DNA of 64,000 bases, from the NCBI GenBank assembly GCA_964016885.1, contig OZ024747.1, positions 85,312,001 through 85,376,000 of the forward strand, given 5' to 3'. Positions 39,096 to 51,587 of this stretch are shown here, piece by piece. A model generated the notes under the pieces. The model was not told the DNA's origin. It worked only from the letters and a program-made list of their open reading frames with translations, and made no database searches. The translations under genes and the position numbers were made by a program. Within the stretch, counting starts at the first letter, position 1, and every line of letters begins with the position of its first letter. This DNA comes from Eledone cirrhosa. Its lineage: Eukaryota.

Positions 39096-40514
39096 ATAGA
39101 TAGATAGGTAGATAGATAGATAGAGAGAGATTAGATACATAGATGGATAGATAGTTAGATAGATAGAGAGAGAGAGAGTGAGAGAGAGATTAATAGATAG
39201 ATAGGTAGATAGATAGATAGATAGAGAGAGAGAGAAAGAAAGAGAGACAGACAGAGTGATTGATAGATAGATATATAGAGAGAGATATAGATAGATGGAC
39301 AGAGAGATAGATAGATAGATAGAAAGATAGATAGAAAGATAGATAGAAAGATGTATGTATTATTTGTGTGCGCCAGATGAAACATCTAAAATGTCATATT
39401 GATCTGTAACAGTTGGTGGTTGTTTCTCATTAAACGGTGTAATTTCCACGGGGTCAGCTAGTTAAGATATCAAAGTCCCAACGAGTCGAACACCGAACGT
39501 AAATTGATGTGGTTGTACCTATCATGGTACGAATATACATATGGAAGTCATTGCTAAGGATCACTTTCAGGAGCCAGCCCGGAAATGGCAACTAAATATC
39601 GTGTATGTATGTATTTGTGCGTGTCTATGTGTGTGTGTATGTGCGCGCGCGCGTGTGTGTGTGTGTGTTTAGCTGATGGTGTAAATCCTTTCTTGCACTA
39701 CACAGCCTGCAATTTCTATTCATTCTCAAATTGCACCCAAACCTCCAGACTACTTCCCAAGAGTGTCTTTTAACCCATATTGCAGAATCTTCGCATTAAG
39801 CACTCCTCACCAAACTTTATCACACATTCATCATTGGTGTTGCTTTCTTTCAACTCCAAACTTCCCACCCATATACACACTCCTTAATCTCCCACCCTCA
39901 TATACACACGCGTCATTTCATTAGGGAGAAACAGTCACCAAGAAAAAAACGTTCTTAGTTCACTGGAACCCAACTACTACAAGTGTCCAGATGTCACATC
40001 TGTTATTTCCAAACTGTGTCCTCGAGAGCTACCGACTTTGTGAAAGATTAGAAGCTTGATCCATGTCCATAGTCGTATCAGGACGGAACTTGTCCCTGGT
40101 TTATTGGCGTTAAGCTACTCAGTGAACAAACTTTGGACAAGATGCCTGTCCATCGCAGAGAAAATCTCTTGCTGCTGCTGTTGCTGTCGCTGCTGTTGCT
40201 GGTGCTGTTGTTGCTGTTGCTTCTGCTGTTACACTGCTTTTGTTCTGTTGCTGCTGCTGTTACTTTACTGCTGTTCTGTTGTTAATGGTGGTACTCTTGT
40301 CCATACTGTTGAGTAGACGAGGGCAATGCAGCGAAGCCACGACCATACGATTGTAAATCCAACACTCTAAACAATAAGCTGCTTCCACATACATACATAC
40401 ATACATACATACATACATACATACATACATACATACATACATACATACATACATACATACATCCACCCATACATACATATATACATGCATACATATATAT
40501 ATATATATATATAT

Positions 40515-40707
40515 GAACAAGTAAGACCCCGACGGCTGAGCTCAAGCCGTTTCGACGGCTAATTCTGTAGCGTACAGAATTAGCCGTCGAAACGGCTTGA
40601 GCTCAGCCGTCGGGGTCTTACTTGTTCCTATTACCCACTCTACTACCCTAAGTATTGAGTACTTTGGTGCGTTATGGTCCACCTGGTTCCTTACCACATT
40701 TCCTTCG

Positions 40708-40710
<3 letters not shown>
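40515..40710 (+). mobile_element. Penelope-type pLTR fragment (type B hammerhead half) with a perfect 55-bp fold-back
   Basis: 40515-40569 is the exact reverse complement of 40573-40627; continues into the module also seen at 22640-22740 and 41738-41876; (TA)n flanks. Confidence 0.75.
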
Positions 40711-40743
<33 letters not shown>

Positions 40744-40920
40744 GCGCGTACAATCACCCAAACATATATGCATACATACATATATACATATATGCATACA
40801 TACATACATACATATATAAATTCATACAAATATATATACAGATGTACAGATATGCATCCAAGCATCCGTGCATGCACATATGTATATATGTATATGTATA
40901 TGCATATATATATATATATA

Positions 40921-41258
40921 TACGCCATCTTTATTTAGTAGAAAATACAATGCAACGGGAAGAAACAATAGTACCACTGACGATGTTGCAGATGTGCAAC
41001 GAAAGAACTTTGATAAACTATATATATGTGTTTGTGTCTATATTGTATCTGTATTTTTGACCGTTGGTCAGTCAATGGCAACATTGAGGACCGAATAAAT
41101 TAAATTACCGATATAAAAGACCCAGAAGCGAAAAGCGAAAACCACCCAAACAGTGAGAGTGTTCTGTTATTAATTCTGGCAATATTACACAAATATGACC
41201 CTCCCCAAGTATAACAATATTTGTTTCGACACACGATTTCATATCAAAAACCTCGCAA

Positions 41259-41262
<4 letters not shown>
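40921..41262 (+). mobile_element. Solo pseudo-LTR of the Naiad-type family with type C hammerhead core
   Basis: Similar to 45030-45340; CTGACGA-TGTTGC-AGATGT-GCAAC-GAAA at 40977-41004; (TA)n flanks. Confidence 0.82.
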
Positions 41263-41324
<62 letters not shown>

Positions 41325-41330
<6 letters not shown>

Positions 41331-41657
41331 ATACTTTGGGAGGGTCATGTTGCCAATAAGAAAGACACTCACCAGTTGCTTTCACTTCAATTTATTATAT
41401 ATTTATAAATTTATAAATTTACAAATCTACAAACTTATAAATTTCTGGTTGGTTGGTTGGTTGGTTCCACAACCAGATAGTTGTTTATATATAGTCATAA
41501 ACAACTATCTGGTTGTGGAACCAACCAACCAACCAGAAATTTATAAGTTTGTAGATTTGTAAATTTATAAATTTATAAATATATAATAAATTGAAGTGAA
41601 AGCAACTGGTGAGTGTCTTTCTTATTGGCAACATGACCCTCCCAAAGTATAACAATA
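41325..41657. repeat. Palindrome with about 160-bp arms, from a related pLTR family
   Basis: Arms pair almost perfectly around a short spacer at about 41490-41496; outer ends carry ATGACCCTCCCAAAGTATAACAATA, shared with the Naiad pLTR. Confidence 0.9.
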
Positions 41658-41737
41658 TCGGTTTCAACACACGATTTCAGATAAAGAATCTTGCTAAACA
41701 AATTCAGAAACGAAATATATATATATATATATATATA

Positions 41738-41876
41738 TAACGAAGGAAATGTGGTAAGGAACCAGGTGGACCATAACGCACCAAAGTACTCAATACTTGA
41801 GGTAGTAGAGTGGGTAATAGGAACCAGTAAGACCCCGACAGCTGAGCTCAAGCCGTTTCGACGGCTAATTCTGGAC
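41738..41876 (-). mobile_element. Penelope-type pLTR fragment (type B module)
   Basis: Reverse complement of about 40575-40712; between (TA)n tracts. Confidence 0.72.
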
Positions 41877-42364
41877 TATATATATACATATATACATACA
41901 CGCATGTGTATATTATACACACAAACACATATATATTCCAGCCCTCCACATTTCCTCTTCTCACCACACACACAAACACTATAATACAAGATCTCGTTTT
42001 TTTTTTTTAAATTCTAAACTGCTCAACTAGAACAGACACACAGATAGAATGTTGCACAGTCTGGTAAATTGTTTCAATCTCTCCCGCACCCCCAAATAGC
42101 TCAGCCTCCGCAGATACACTGCTCTTCAACTATATGACTACACATACACACATCACACCACCCCTCAGCCACGTACTCTAAATGATACACCTACCCTTAT
42201 TACATTATATATCCCCCCTTAGTTCATATCCTGCTCTGCCCACGAAGCATTAAGCACCCAAGTTAGTCAAACGTATTTAATATACTATGCAGGTCAATGA
42301 CTTCCTACATGTGTGTGTATGTGTGTCTGTGTATGTGTGTGTGTACCTGTATGTTTGAGAATAT

Positions 42365-42450
<86 letters not shown>

Positions 42451-42592
42451 TAAAATAACAGATTAAAATAACAGATTAAACTTTAATCTGTTATTTTAAT
42501 AAATATTTGCTCTACGGTTCTTATATATTTGATATATATTTATCCTTATCGAGTCCTCTTTGGATTTTAGTCTTCAAATTTATTATTATTAC

Positions 42593-42646
<54 letters not shown>

Positions 42647-42659
42647 CTTTTGCTGCGTG

Positions 42660-42700
<41 letters not shown>

Positions 42701-42951
42701 ATACTTGGGGAGGGTCATATTTGCGTAATATTGCCAGAATTAATAACAGAACACACTCACTGTTTGGTTGGTTTTCGCTTCTCGCTGTCTTGTCTTTTAT
42801 ATCTGCGATCTAACTTACTCGGTCCTCAATGTTGCCATTGACTGACCGGCGGTCAAAAATAATACAGATACAATATAGACACAAACATATATATATATAT
42901 ATATATAGTTTACATAATTTACATAAATCTTTCGTTGCACATCTGCAACAT

Positions 42952-44709
42952 CGCCCCATAATCAAGATGTCCCCAGATGTATGTGAAAGTACAGAGGACC
43001 TCCTCAGCAGAATCAGTGAGTGCAACAAAAACAGGAGCCTATCCAACTGCATAATAGGCAGCATGGATGTGGTGTCACTGTACCCATCCATTAACATTGA
43101 TTTTGCTGTGAAAAGATGTGTGGAGATGATCATTGAGAGTGAGGTGGAGTTCTGCGACGTCGACACAGACGAACTGGGCCTCCTACTTAGACTTACCTAC
43201 GACACTGACTACCTAGACAGCCATGACCTTAGATGTTTCTGCCCTAGTAGACCTATAAGAGGTAGACCCCCCACCATAACCTCAATGGCTAAAAAGACTC
43301 CCATAGGAAGGTGGATTGGGTGGACCAAAGCCATACGGACCCCCCAAAACACTGATCAGGTAAGAAAAATGGTCGCACATGCAATAGGGGCTAGTATCAA
43401 AACTACCCTAAAGGGCCACATATTTAAGTTCAATGAGAAAATCTACACCCAAAATGAGGGAGCAGCCATCGGCGTCAGCATAGCTGGTGATGTTGCCAAC
43501 CTTTTCATGGTATGGTGGGAAAGGAGACTTAAAGATCTCCTTAATGAAAGCTCCATAAACCTCATCATGTACTCTCGTTATGTAGACGATATTAATATAG
43601 TTATAAGAACACCCCCACTAGAGAGCACTAACAAGTTTGATTTAGAACGTAGCACGATGGAAAGCATCCAGCAGATAGCTAATTCCATACACCAGAGTAT
43701 AACTGTAACTATAGACTTCCCTTCCAAACACCCTAACAATAGACTACCTGTATTAGACACAGAACTCTGGATTAACACTATAGACGAGAGAGCCCAAATT
43801 CTCCACTCACACTATGCTAAACCCATGGCCTCCAAATACCTGATACTCAAAAACTCAGCAATGTCCAGTAGTGCTAAGTTTAATATTCTGATCGCAGATT
43901 TGGTACGAGTGATGAAGAATGTGTCCAGCATGTGCGACCCAACAGAAATGGAAGGACACATCCAACACTTCATCAACCGCATGCAGTCCTCTGGCTACAA
44001 CCAAAGAGACAGAGTCAGAGTATACGAAGGAGCCATGGAAAAGTATAAGACCCTCATAGAACTGGACATGAAAGGAATTTGCCCACTATACAGGAGCAAA
44101 TCATGGAATAGCTTAGATAGGGCTAGACATAAGATAGGGAAGGCCACATCATGGTACGACAACCAGAGATATCAGAGTGTCATGTTTGTGGACGCCACCC
44201 CTGGAGGGAAATTAGTTAACCAGTGTAGAAAGGCCCTGAGAAAGACCCACTTAAAAATAAAGGTGGTAGAAAAGCCAGGAACCACCATAAAATCCCTGAT
44301 CAGCAAAACCTACCCTTTTAAGAAAACCCACTGTACCAATAGGAAGTGTATCATATGTAAGGTGAACCCCCGGATAAACTGTAAAACTAGAAACGTAGTC
44401 TATAGCATAAGATGTACAGAGGGTACTTGCAGAAACATGACAACAACATACATAGGTGAGACAGCTCGTAGCATAGGTGAAAGGATAGACCAACACTGGG
44501 GGGAACTAAAAGGACGAAAAAAAAAAACGAAAAAAAAACAAAACGGGTCAGTACTATACGAACATGCTAGACAACAACATGACGGTAACATAGACAACAT
44601 AGAAATTAGAATAATATCTAAACATAGGAATGATCCAGCAGATAGGCAAATCAGAGAGGCCAGTGAAATAGAAATTAGAAGACCAAAGCTAAACAGAAAG
44701 AATGAGTAG
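42952..44709 (+). CDS. Penelope-like reverse transcriptase-GIY-YIG endonuclease, N-terminally truncated but otherwise uninterrupted
   Basis: RPII, DVVSLYPSI, long insertion with GRPPTIT, QNEGAAIG, RYVDD, LPVLD, SGY thumb, CxxxxCxxC linker, VVYSIRC...YIGETAR, REA..I...P.LN. The first 41 aa of ORF 42829..44709 are read from the inverted pLTR. Clade call rests on recalled Naiad/Chlamys features. Confidence 0.93.
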   Translation, partial: RPIIKMSPDVCESTEDLLSRISECNKNRSLSNCIIGSMDVVSLYPSINIDFAVKRCVEMIIESEVEFCDVDTDELGLLLRLTYDTDYLDSHDLRCFCPSRPIRGRPPTITSMAKKTPIGRWIGWTKAIRTPQNTDQVRKMVAHAIGASIKTTLKGHIFKFNEKIYTQNEGAAIGVSIAGDVANLFMVWWERRLKDLLNESSINLIMYSRYVDDINIVIRTPPLESTNKFDLERSTMESIQQIANSIHQSITVTIDFPSKHPNNRLPVLDTELWINTIDERAQILHSHYAKPMASKYLILKNSAMSSSAKFNILIADLVRVMKNVSSMCDPTEMEGHIQHFINRMQSSGYNQRDRVRVYEGAMEKYKTLIELDMKGICPLYRSKSWNSLDRARHKIGKATSWYDNQRYQSVMFVDATPGGKLVNQCRKALRKTHLKIKVVEKPGTTIKSLISKTYPFKKTHCTNRKCIICKVNPRINCKTRNVVYSIRCTEGTCRNMTTTYIGETARSIGERIDQHWGELKGRKKKTKKKQNGSVLYEHARQQHDGNIDNIEIRIISKHRNDPADRQIREASEIEIRRPKLNRKNE

Positions 44710-45031
44710 AACAACAACAACACCCAAACAAACAACACTGACCTAAGAGAAGTATAAATAAGTAAATAAAATTAAATAAAATAAGATAAATAAATACATA
44801 CACAAGCACAATAACAACAAGCACATAAACACACACTAGTCACCCAGCAGACACAACACTATACACACTAGTCACACATCACACATAACACTATACACAC
44901 ACGCAAACGCATGCGCAAAGAAGACAAAATAAAATAAGATAAACAAACAAGCAAATAAATAAATAAATATATAGACAGACTGAATAAAAATGGCGTAGAC
45001 ATACAACACAACAGGAGCAACAATGAATATA

Positions 45032-45108
45032 ACACCACTGACGATGTTGCAGATGTGCAACGAAAGATTTATGTAAATTATGTAAACTATATATATATAT
45101 ATGTGTTT
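45032..45108 (+). ncRNA. Hammerhead-like motif (sequence type C) in the pLTR
   Basis: CTGACGA-T-GTTGC-AGATGT-GCAAC-GAAA-G...C-TA; stem III has a 9-bp duplication; stem I is not cleanly formed. Confidence 0.55.
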
Positions 45109-45375
45109 GTGTCTATATTGTATCTGTATTATTTTTGACCGCCGGTCAGTCAATGGCAACATTGAGGACCGAGTAAGTTAGATCGCAGATATAAAAGACA
45201 GCGAGAAGCGAAAACCAACCAAACAGTGAGTGTGTTCTGTTATTAATTCTGGCAATATTATTACACCAATATGACCCTCCCCAAGTATAACAATATCTGT
45301 TTCGACACACGATTTCATATAAAAAAACCTCGCAAAACTAATATATATATATATATATATTACTTTTGCTGCGTG

Positions 45376-45415
<40 letters not shown>

Positions 45416-45495
45416 TATCCCTGGTTCAATCGAGGGTAACCACAGTAAGTAAAGTACTCAATACATAGCAGAATATATATATTTAATATAGAAAG

Positions 45496-45544
45496 GCTTC
45501 TACAGGACTAGAACTGTTTCATTCGGTAGAAATCATCAGGAAGC
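45496..45544 (-). ncRNA. Type I hammerhead ribozyme (sequence type A), apparently intact
   Basis: Minus strand GCTTC-CTGATGA-TTTC-TACC-GAAT-GAAA-CAG-TTCTAGTC-CTG-TA-GAAGC: 5-bp stem I, full core, GUA cleavage triplet; U.U at the base of stem II. Confidence 0.8.
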
Positions 45545-45762
45545 GTTCCTGATGATTTCTACCGAATAATATATATATACAGTATATATACATATATATA
45601 TTAGGGTGTTCCAGAATCCCACATTTTACACAAAAGTGTTTTTTTTTCTTAGCTGCCTATGCATTCTCTCATGCCGTTTTGTATATTATCAATTTATAAT
45701 GTAATTTTGATATTTTTCAGACTAATTTAAGCCTTGCCTAATAGTTGCAAATTGGCAGAATA

Positions 45763-48070
45763 ATGGCGGAAACCAGTGGGCCTAGTTGTAGCTACTCGCT
45801 CCGTTGTGATGATCGAGAAATATGGCTCCTGGGGCAATATGTTACATCCTTTTCACCAAACAAAATACCAACAAAGGGGGACGTTCTAAGATATTTCTTC
45901 TACCTGAAAGATGGTCCTATGAAACACGAAAAGCACGTGAGCTTCAATGGTGCTATTGCGGATAGGCTTGTGATGGAAGTAGTTAGTCAGTGGGAAAAAG
46001 CTGGTGTGGCGACTCAACGAAAAGACAAAGTGAAACTGAAAATTATGAACATGTACAGTGAATACAGAAATTTACAAAAAAACAAAGGTTCTAAGTCAAA
46101 CAAAGAAAAGGAAGCACTATTTATTTCTGAATTGGATTCGTATTTCTACATTGCACATACTGATGCTGAAAATAAAATTTTGAAAGACCGTCTTCGTAAT
46201 AATGAACAGAAAATGGAAGATGCTACATTTCTCGAAGCCCTGCGTTGCCAGAAAAAAGTATCTCTGGGTGCTGAAGACAAGGGTTTCCAGAAAAATGTAT
46301 CTTCAAAGTTTAAGCGTGATCAGGTTTCTGTGGCTCGTCGAGAGTCAGAGAACCATAGAAAGCGTTTGTCAGGATCTGTAGCACCACAACTTCCACGTAA
46401 TGAACTGAGTGATTCAAGTTCAACCAATGATGAAACTGAAGATGAACAGGATCCTGAATTTCAGGTCTCAAACCCACCCAGAGACAGCTCAATGTCAGAC
46501 AAGCAAGGAAAAATCCAGCTGGAACTCCCAAAGAATCCATTTCAAAGTACAAACATTTCTCTCATGGCTGATCGTTTAAACCTGAAACTGGGCCAGAGAA
46601 CAGCATTTATGGCATCGATTATTTCTGAGGGTGGGACTGAAATAGACGCCACAACTCTCTCCAAGAATAGTAGCAGACGTGCAGATAAGAAGATCAGAAC
46701 TGTGGGGACTGAACACATAAAGGAACAATTTGCTGCACCAGACTTTGTTACCTTGCATTGGGATGGCAAAATAATTCCTGGAGACTAGGTGTGCTAGTTG
46801 CTGGAACTTCGGACTTCAGAGAAGGTAAACTCCTCGGTGTTCCCATAATTCCTGATGGCACTGGAACCACCCAAGCCAAAGCATCATTTGATCTTGTTAA
46901 AGATTGGAATGTTCATGGGTTTGTGGTGGGCTTGGTCTTCGACACAACTGCTTCGAATTCTGGATGGAAAAATGGTGCCTGCGTGAAACAAAAAGGTGTT
47001 TTATTTTGCTTGTCGGCACCATGTCATGGAGCGTATCTTGTGTGCAGTATGGAAACAACTATTCGGAGCAATGTCCAGTCCAGACACCCCAGAGTTCAAG
47101 GAGTTCAAAAAAGATTGGGTGTCACTCACGAACAAAACCAACTTTAAAACATTGAACATTGTCGTCTGGAGATTCAAGCGTCGGTGTTCTGAGAACATCT
47201 AGTTCCTCCAAGATTTGCTGACATCCGACGATGGGAAAATGAGTTCTCTTCCACGGGACGACTACCGAGAATATGCCGAGTTGATGTTGATCTTGTTGGT
47301 GTCACCTCTCCTCGTGGAATTCATTAGATGCTGCCTGGTGCACATCATAACGCTCGGTGGATGTCCACAATCATCTATAGTGCAAAGATGTATGCATTTG
47401 GTGAGCAACTCAATTACGATCAAGCTAAAATGGAAAAGTTGCGCCGGATCTGTATGTTCAATGCTCTGTTCTACGTGCGATACTGGCTGACAGCAGTCAA
47501 GTGTGCTGATGCACCATCCAATGACCTTCAATTATACGTGGAATTGACACAGTACAGTAAGGTTGACAGAGATCTCTTGCATGCAGCCACTACTGCTCTG
47601 AGCAGGCATCTTTGGTACCTGACGGAGGAAGCCATTTCGCTAGCGCTGTTTTCAAGTCGGGTCCAAGAGTCCGAGAAGAAACAAATAGCCCAACGTCTTG
47701 TCAAAACGAAAACGTCTGGGCCTCTCGACCGTGGTGCTCCAGTATTTCCCGAGTTGAAGTCGTCCACGAAGCTGCCTCATCTAGTTGGGAAGAAATCAAG
47801 GCTTCTGTTCGATCTCCTTGGTCTCGACGATACTTGGCTTGAGCTGTCACCTGCAACTTGGTCATCACAAGCGTCATATCAAAATGCCTGTGCTGTTGTT
47901 CACAATATCAAGGTAGGCAACGAACGATCTGGCGGAGAACAGTCAAGTTGATAACTGATTTTGTTGCCATCACCAAGAATGAGGAGGAGAAGCAGTGTGT
48001 TCTTCAAGTAGTCAAAGCTCATCGTCGCAAGGTCCCGGATTTCAAAAAAGAAACTCTGAAAAAAATATGA
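45763..48070 (+). pseudogene. hAT transposase pseudogene (several frameshifts and stops)
   Basis: Motifs in successive frames: LHWDGK, FDTTASNSG...GAC, ACRHH (CxxH), RDDYRE, PGAHHNARWM, HLWYL, KV.N, VKL. Confidence 0.88.
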
Positions 48071-48138
48071 CTGGAGTTAACTTAACTGAACTTGTTTCTT
48101 CCTTGTACGCCTTTATATTCAAAGCTAGTTTACTAAAT

Positions 48139-48273
48139 ATAATTGTTTCTACGTTTGGCACAAGGCTAGCAATTACCCAGAGCATTACTGGTACTTTATT
48201 TTATCGACCTAGTAAGGATGAAAGGCAAAGTTAACCTCGGCGGGATTTGAACTCAGAATGGCAAGGGCCGTAA
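48139..48273 (-). mobile_element. SINE family 1, 5'-truncated, nested in the hAT element
   Basis: TSD ACTAAATATAAT on both sides. Confidence 0.9.
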
Positions 48274-48653
48274 CTAAATATAATAGATTAATAAAATAAA
48301 CAATTATTGTATGGTCATATTTGGTTTCACATTTTCATGATTTCATGCAACATAATCACACTTTCCACTATAATCACTATGATATAGGCAAGACTCAAAA
48401 TAATTTATTTTATACAAAATATGTTTTATTTTACCAATTGGGGCATTTATAATGGGAAAATACACAGGGAGCGTTAGTATTGTGACCTTGCTTTTTATGG
48501 CACACTCTAATATATGTATATATAAATTTGAGTATGTGTTAGTTGCTTACCGACATTTGAGTATGCAGTTTCGAGCACTCAACGAATTGCGCAGATGGGT
48601 ATGTTTACTCTGGAGTAATCTATTGCAGCGAATATGAATGAACGAAGTTATTG

Positions 48654-48750
<97 letters not shown>

Positions 48751-48751
48751 G

Positions 48752-48826
48752 TTTAATATAGAAATGGCTTCTACAGGACTAGAAATGTTTCATTCGAAGA
48801 AAATCAGGGGCTTTCCTGATGATTTC
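48752..48826. ncRNA. Decayed type A hammerhead fold-back
   Basis: Matches 22153-22228 and 45482-45558; follows a (TA)n tract. Confidence 0.6.
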
Positions 48827-49049
48827 GTTCAGTTGATGCTGCAATTCGATTTCAAGTAATGCCATACCATGCATCGCAAAAAAAATGTCACATATCATGT
48901 GATGCCAGTGCTTAAAGTTTTTTTAAATGAGGAAAAGCACTGCATGGGCCCAATCTCACTCTCTGAACATTGAATGCATTTACCCGAAAATCAGAATTAG
49001 TCTACATCATTGGATGCAAACGAAATCGCAGGTTTATATGAGAGTGACC

Positions 49050-49300
49050 TTCTCCTAGAGAGATATCTTAATGAAGACTAGGAGTCTCTCTCTCCACAAA
49101 AAGCAAACTTTATTGGATGGCCGTTGACTCTGCTGAGTTCCTCCGCCCTTTGACAGGTCTTGCTTTTCATTCCACAGGATGTCCAAAATCCTCCTCCTCA
49201 CCAAGCATTGAGGGGCTGACGGTTTAGTCACTGGCGACTCGACCATGCACAGGTTGTACTGGGTTACATGTGACAAGTAGCGTTGAAAAGCAACCTGACA
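49050..49300 (-). mobile_element. 5' part of a diverged RTE-derived element
   Basis: Reverse complement aligns with 7885-8125. Confidence 0.6.
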
Positions 49301-49737
49301 TTGTATATATATATATAAATGCATATATACACATACATGCATACATACATACATACATACATACATACATACATACATACATACATACATACATACAAAC
49401 ATACATACATACATACATACATACATATGTGTATGTGTGTAAATGTACATCCCTCTCTTTGCACAGTATATGAAAACAGTAAACACTAAATAAATAAAAG
49501 GGTGTAAAGAGAGAGAGAGAGGGGGGGGAGCATAGAAAGTGAGTGGGGATAGAAGGGGCTTGGTAGGTTGAGTAAGAACAACAATAACAAAATCAACAAT
49601 GACGCCAACTAAATAAACACATTGGAATGTAAACAAATGTTCTCTAGAGATATATATTTACATATACACACACACTTATTTACATAAACTTACACATACG
49701 CACACATACATATTATTGTTTTCTCTCAGTAGGGAGA

Positions 49738-49794
<57 letters not shown>

Positions 49795-49795
<1 letters not shown>

Positions 49796-50215
49796 TTAAA
49801 TCCTCAACAAATTACCAAACCATTCACGAGGAGGCGCGTTAAGTAAGCGTTCTTTAAACCGGCCCTCCGCCATACCTACATATGTTTTGATCTCCTGCTG
49901 TTGGTTTGGTCGAGTGGATGTAACTCCAGGCTCATAGACTACTGCGGGTATGTTACACTGTTGTTTAAGAGGGCATGCTTCCGACCTTCTGCAAGAGCTT
50001 CCGGGTAGCGTGAGATCTTGGGGTTGGTGGTGATGTGGGCTCTTATATTTTTAGCACAGGAATATCCGAGTTTCATCCTGTGTCTATTGAAGATAGGTCT
50101 GTATTTATGTCCTAAGGGGAAGTGTTTGTCTAGAGGTGCCAAGAATTTCCTACCTACATTGGTTCTAACACTGAGCGAGAAGGGTGGGCAGAACCTAATT
50201 AATTTTTAAATTCTC
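49795..50215 (-). mobile_element. Penelope-like element fragment of a second clade (thumb/linker plus GIY-YIG remnant)
   Basis: PPFSLSVRTNVGRKFL..LDKHFP...IFNRHRMKLGYSC..N and KTYVGMAEGRFKERL. Confidence 0.75.
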
Positions 50216-50262
50216 TTTTTCTTTCTACTGGTAGTGTGATTAGGAGGGGCGTTCTTCCACTA

Positions 50263-50316
<54 letters not shown>

Positions 50317-50432
50317 TATATATATATATATATTCACATAGTCATTAGCTAATATGAATATCTATATGAATATATGTGAAGAGTGAAATATGAAAGTTTT
50401 CATACACATACATACATACATACATACATACA

Positions 50433-50465
<33 letters not shown>

Positions 50466-50883
50466 TCATACATACATACATACATACATACATAGATTCA
50501 TACATACATACATACATACATACATACATACATACATACATACATACATACATACATACATCCATACATAGATTCATACATACATACATACATACATACA
50601 TACATAGATTCATACATACATACATACATACATACATACATACATACATACATACATACATTCCTATATACATACATACTTACCTACATACATACATAGA
50701 GTAATATATACATACATACACACATGCATACATGCATATATATATATATGTTCATTTGCAAAGAGAGAGAGAAAACAGCTGCTCTGAATACAGAACATCC
50801 CACACACCAGTAAGTAACCGTCCTGGTGTCTGTATACATACACTCTTTTGTTATGTGTGTGTATATATGTATATATATATATA

Positions 50884-50956
<73 letters not shown>

Positions 50957-51089
50957 TATTCTCTTTGCACATACACACACACATGTTTTACTATTTCTCT
51001 TCTTTCTACATTTTTCTCCTTTAGCTAAGCTCCTGTACACTCTATATTTGTGTAATTTGCCTAAAAGCATAACTTGTCTGTATCTGTTT

Positions 51090-51580
51090 TGTTATGTTCC
51101 TATGTGTACTGGAATGAATGGTACCGACCTTAATGAACCGAAACCGTAGTAATGTTTTGTCAGATGTTTTGTGGATAGTTCTGGTTTTCGCCCGGTTAAT
51201 ACCTTTTCAGAAGTGATTTTGCACCAGTATATTATTGATTTGATTGTGATGTGTTCTATTCGATACGTGCTATGTCCAACGTCGGAATGATTTGTGGTCT
51301 CCCATTTTGTTAGTGCTAGGTTATTGTAGTTAGAGAATTCCAGTAAGCTTAATCCTCTTTCGATCAACGTGTAGTTCCAAGATAGGCCACTGTCGTCGTT
51401 CCAGTCTTCCAATGCATCGCCGCTAACTTTTTCATTTCAGTCTCTCTGGATGAGCAGAATATTCTTTTTGTTGACCTCCTGTGTGATGCTTTGGACCTGG
51501 GATAAGATTCTTTTATATTCCCTTCATGGTAGCCTGATGTACGAGCGTACACTTATCAAAGTGATGTTAAATAGTGTTGT
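51090..51580 (-). mobile_element. Decayed APE endonuclease region of an RTE-like LINE
   Basis: VYARTS, ERGLSLLEF..NNL.L and NQI..IL motifs across frames. Confidence 0.6.
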
Positions 51581-51587
51581 TTCAGTC

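Larger units (their letters stand above)
42696..45340 (+). mobile_element. Penelope-like retroelement, Naiad-type, 5'-truncated, with inverted 5' pLTR
   Basis: RT plus GIY-YIG ORF; 42696-42953 is the reverse complement of about 45042-45295; direct repeat TACTTTTGCTGCGTGTTC within (TA)n outside both ends. Confidence 0.92.
45602..48509 (+). mobile_element. hAT-superfamily DNA transposon (hATm-like), near full length, inactivated
   Basis: Imperfect TIRs TAGGGTGTTCCAGA / TAGAGTGTGCCATA; flanks ATATATAT / ATATATGT fit an 8-bp TSD; internal transposase. Confidence 0.85.

Noticed and set aside
42829-42951. N-terminus MLPLTDRRSK... of the 626-aa ORF, and ORF 44872..45162
   Set aside because: Antisense reading of the pLTR fused by inversion; not the element's true start.
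42952-44709. Selenocysteine recoding reported for some Naiad elements
   Set aside because: No in-frame TGA in the retained ORF.
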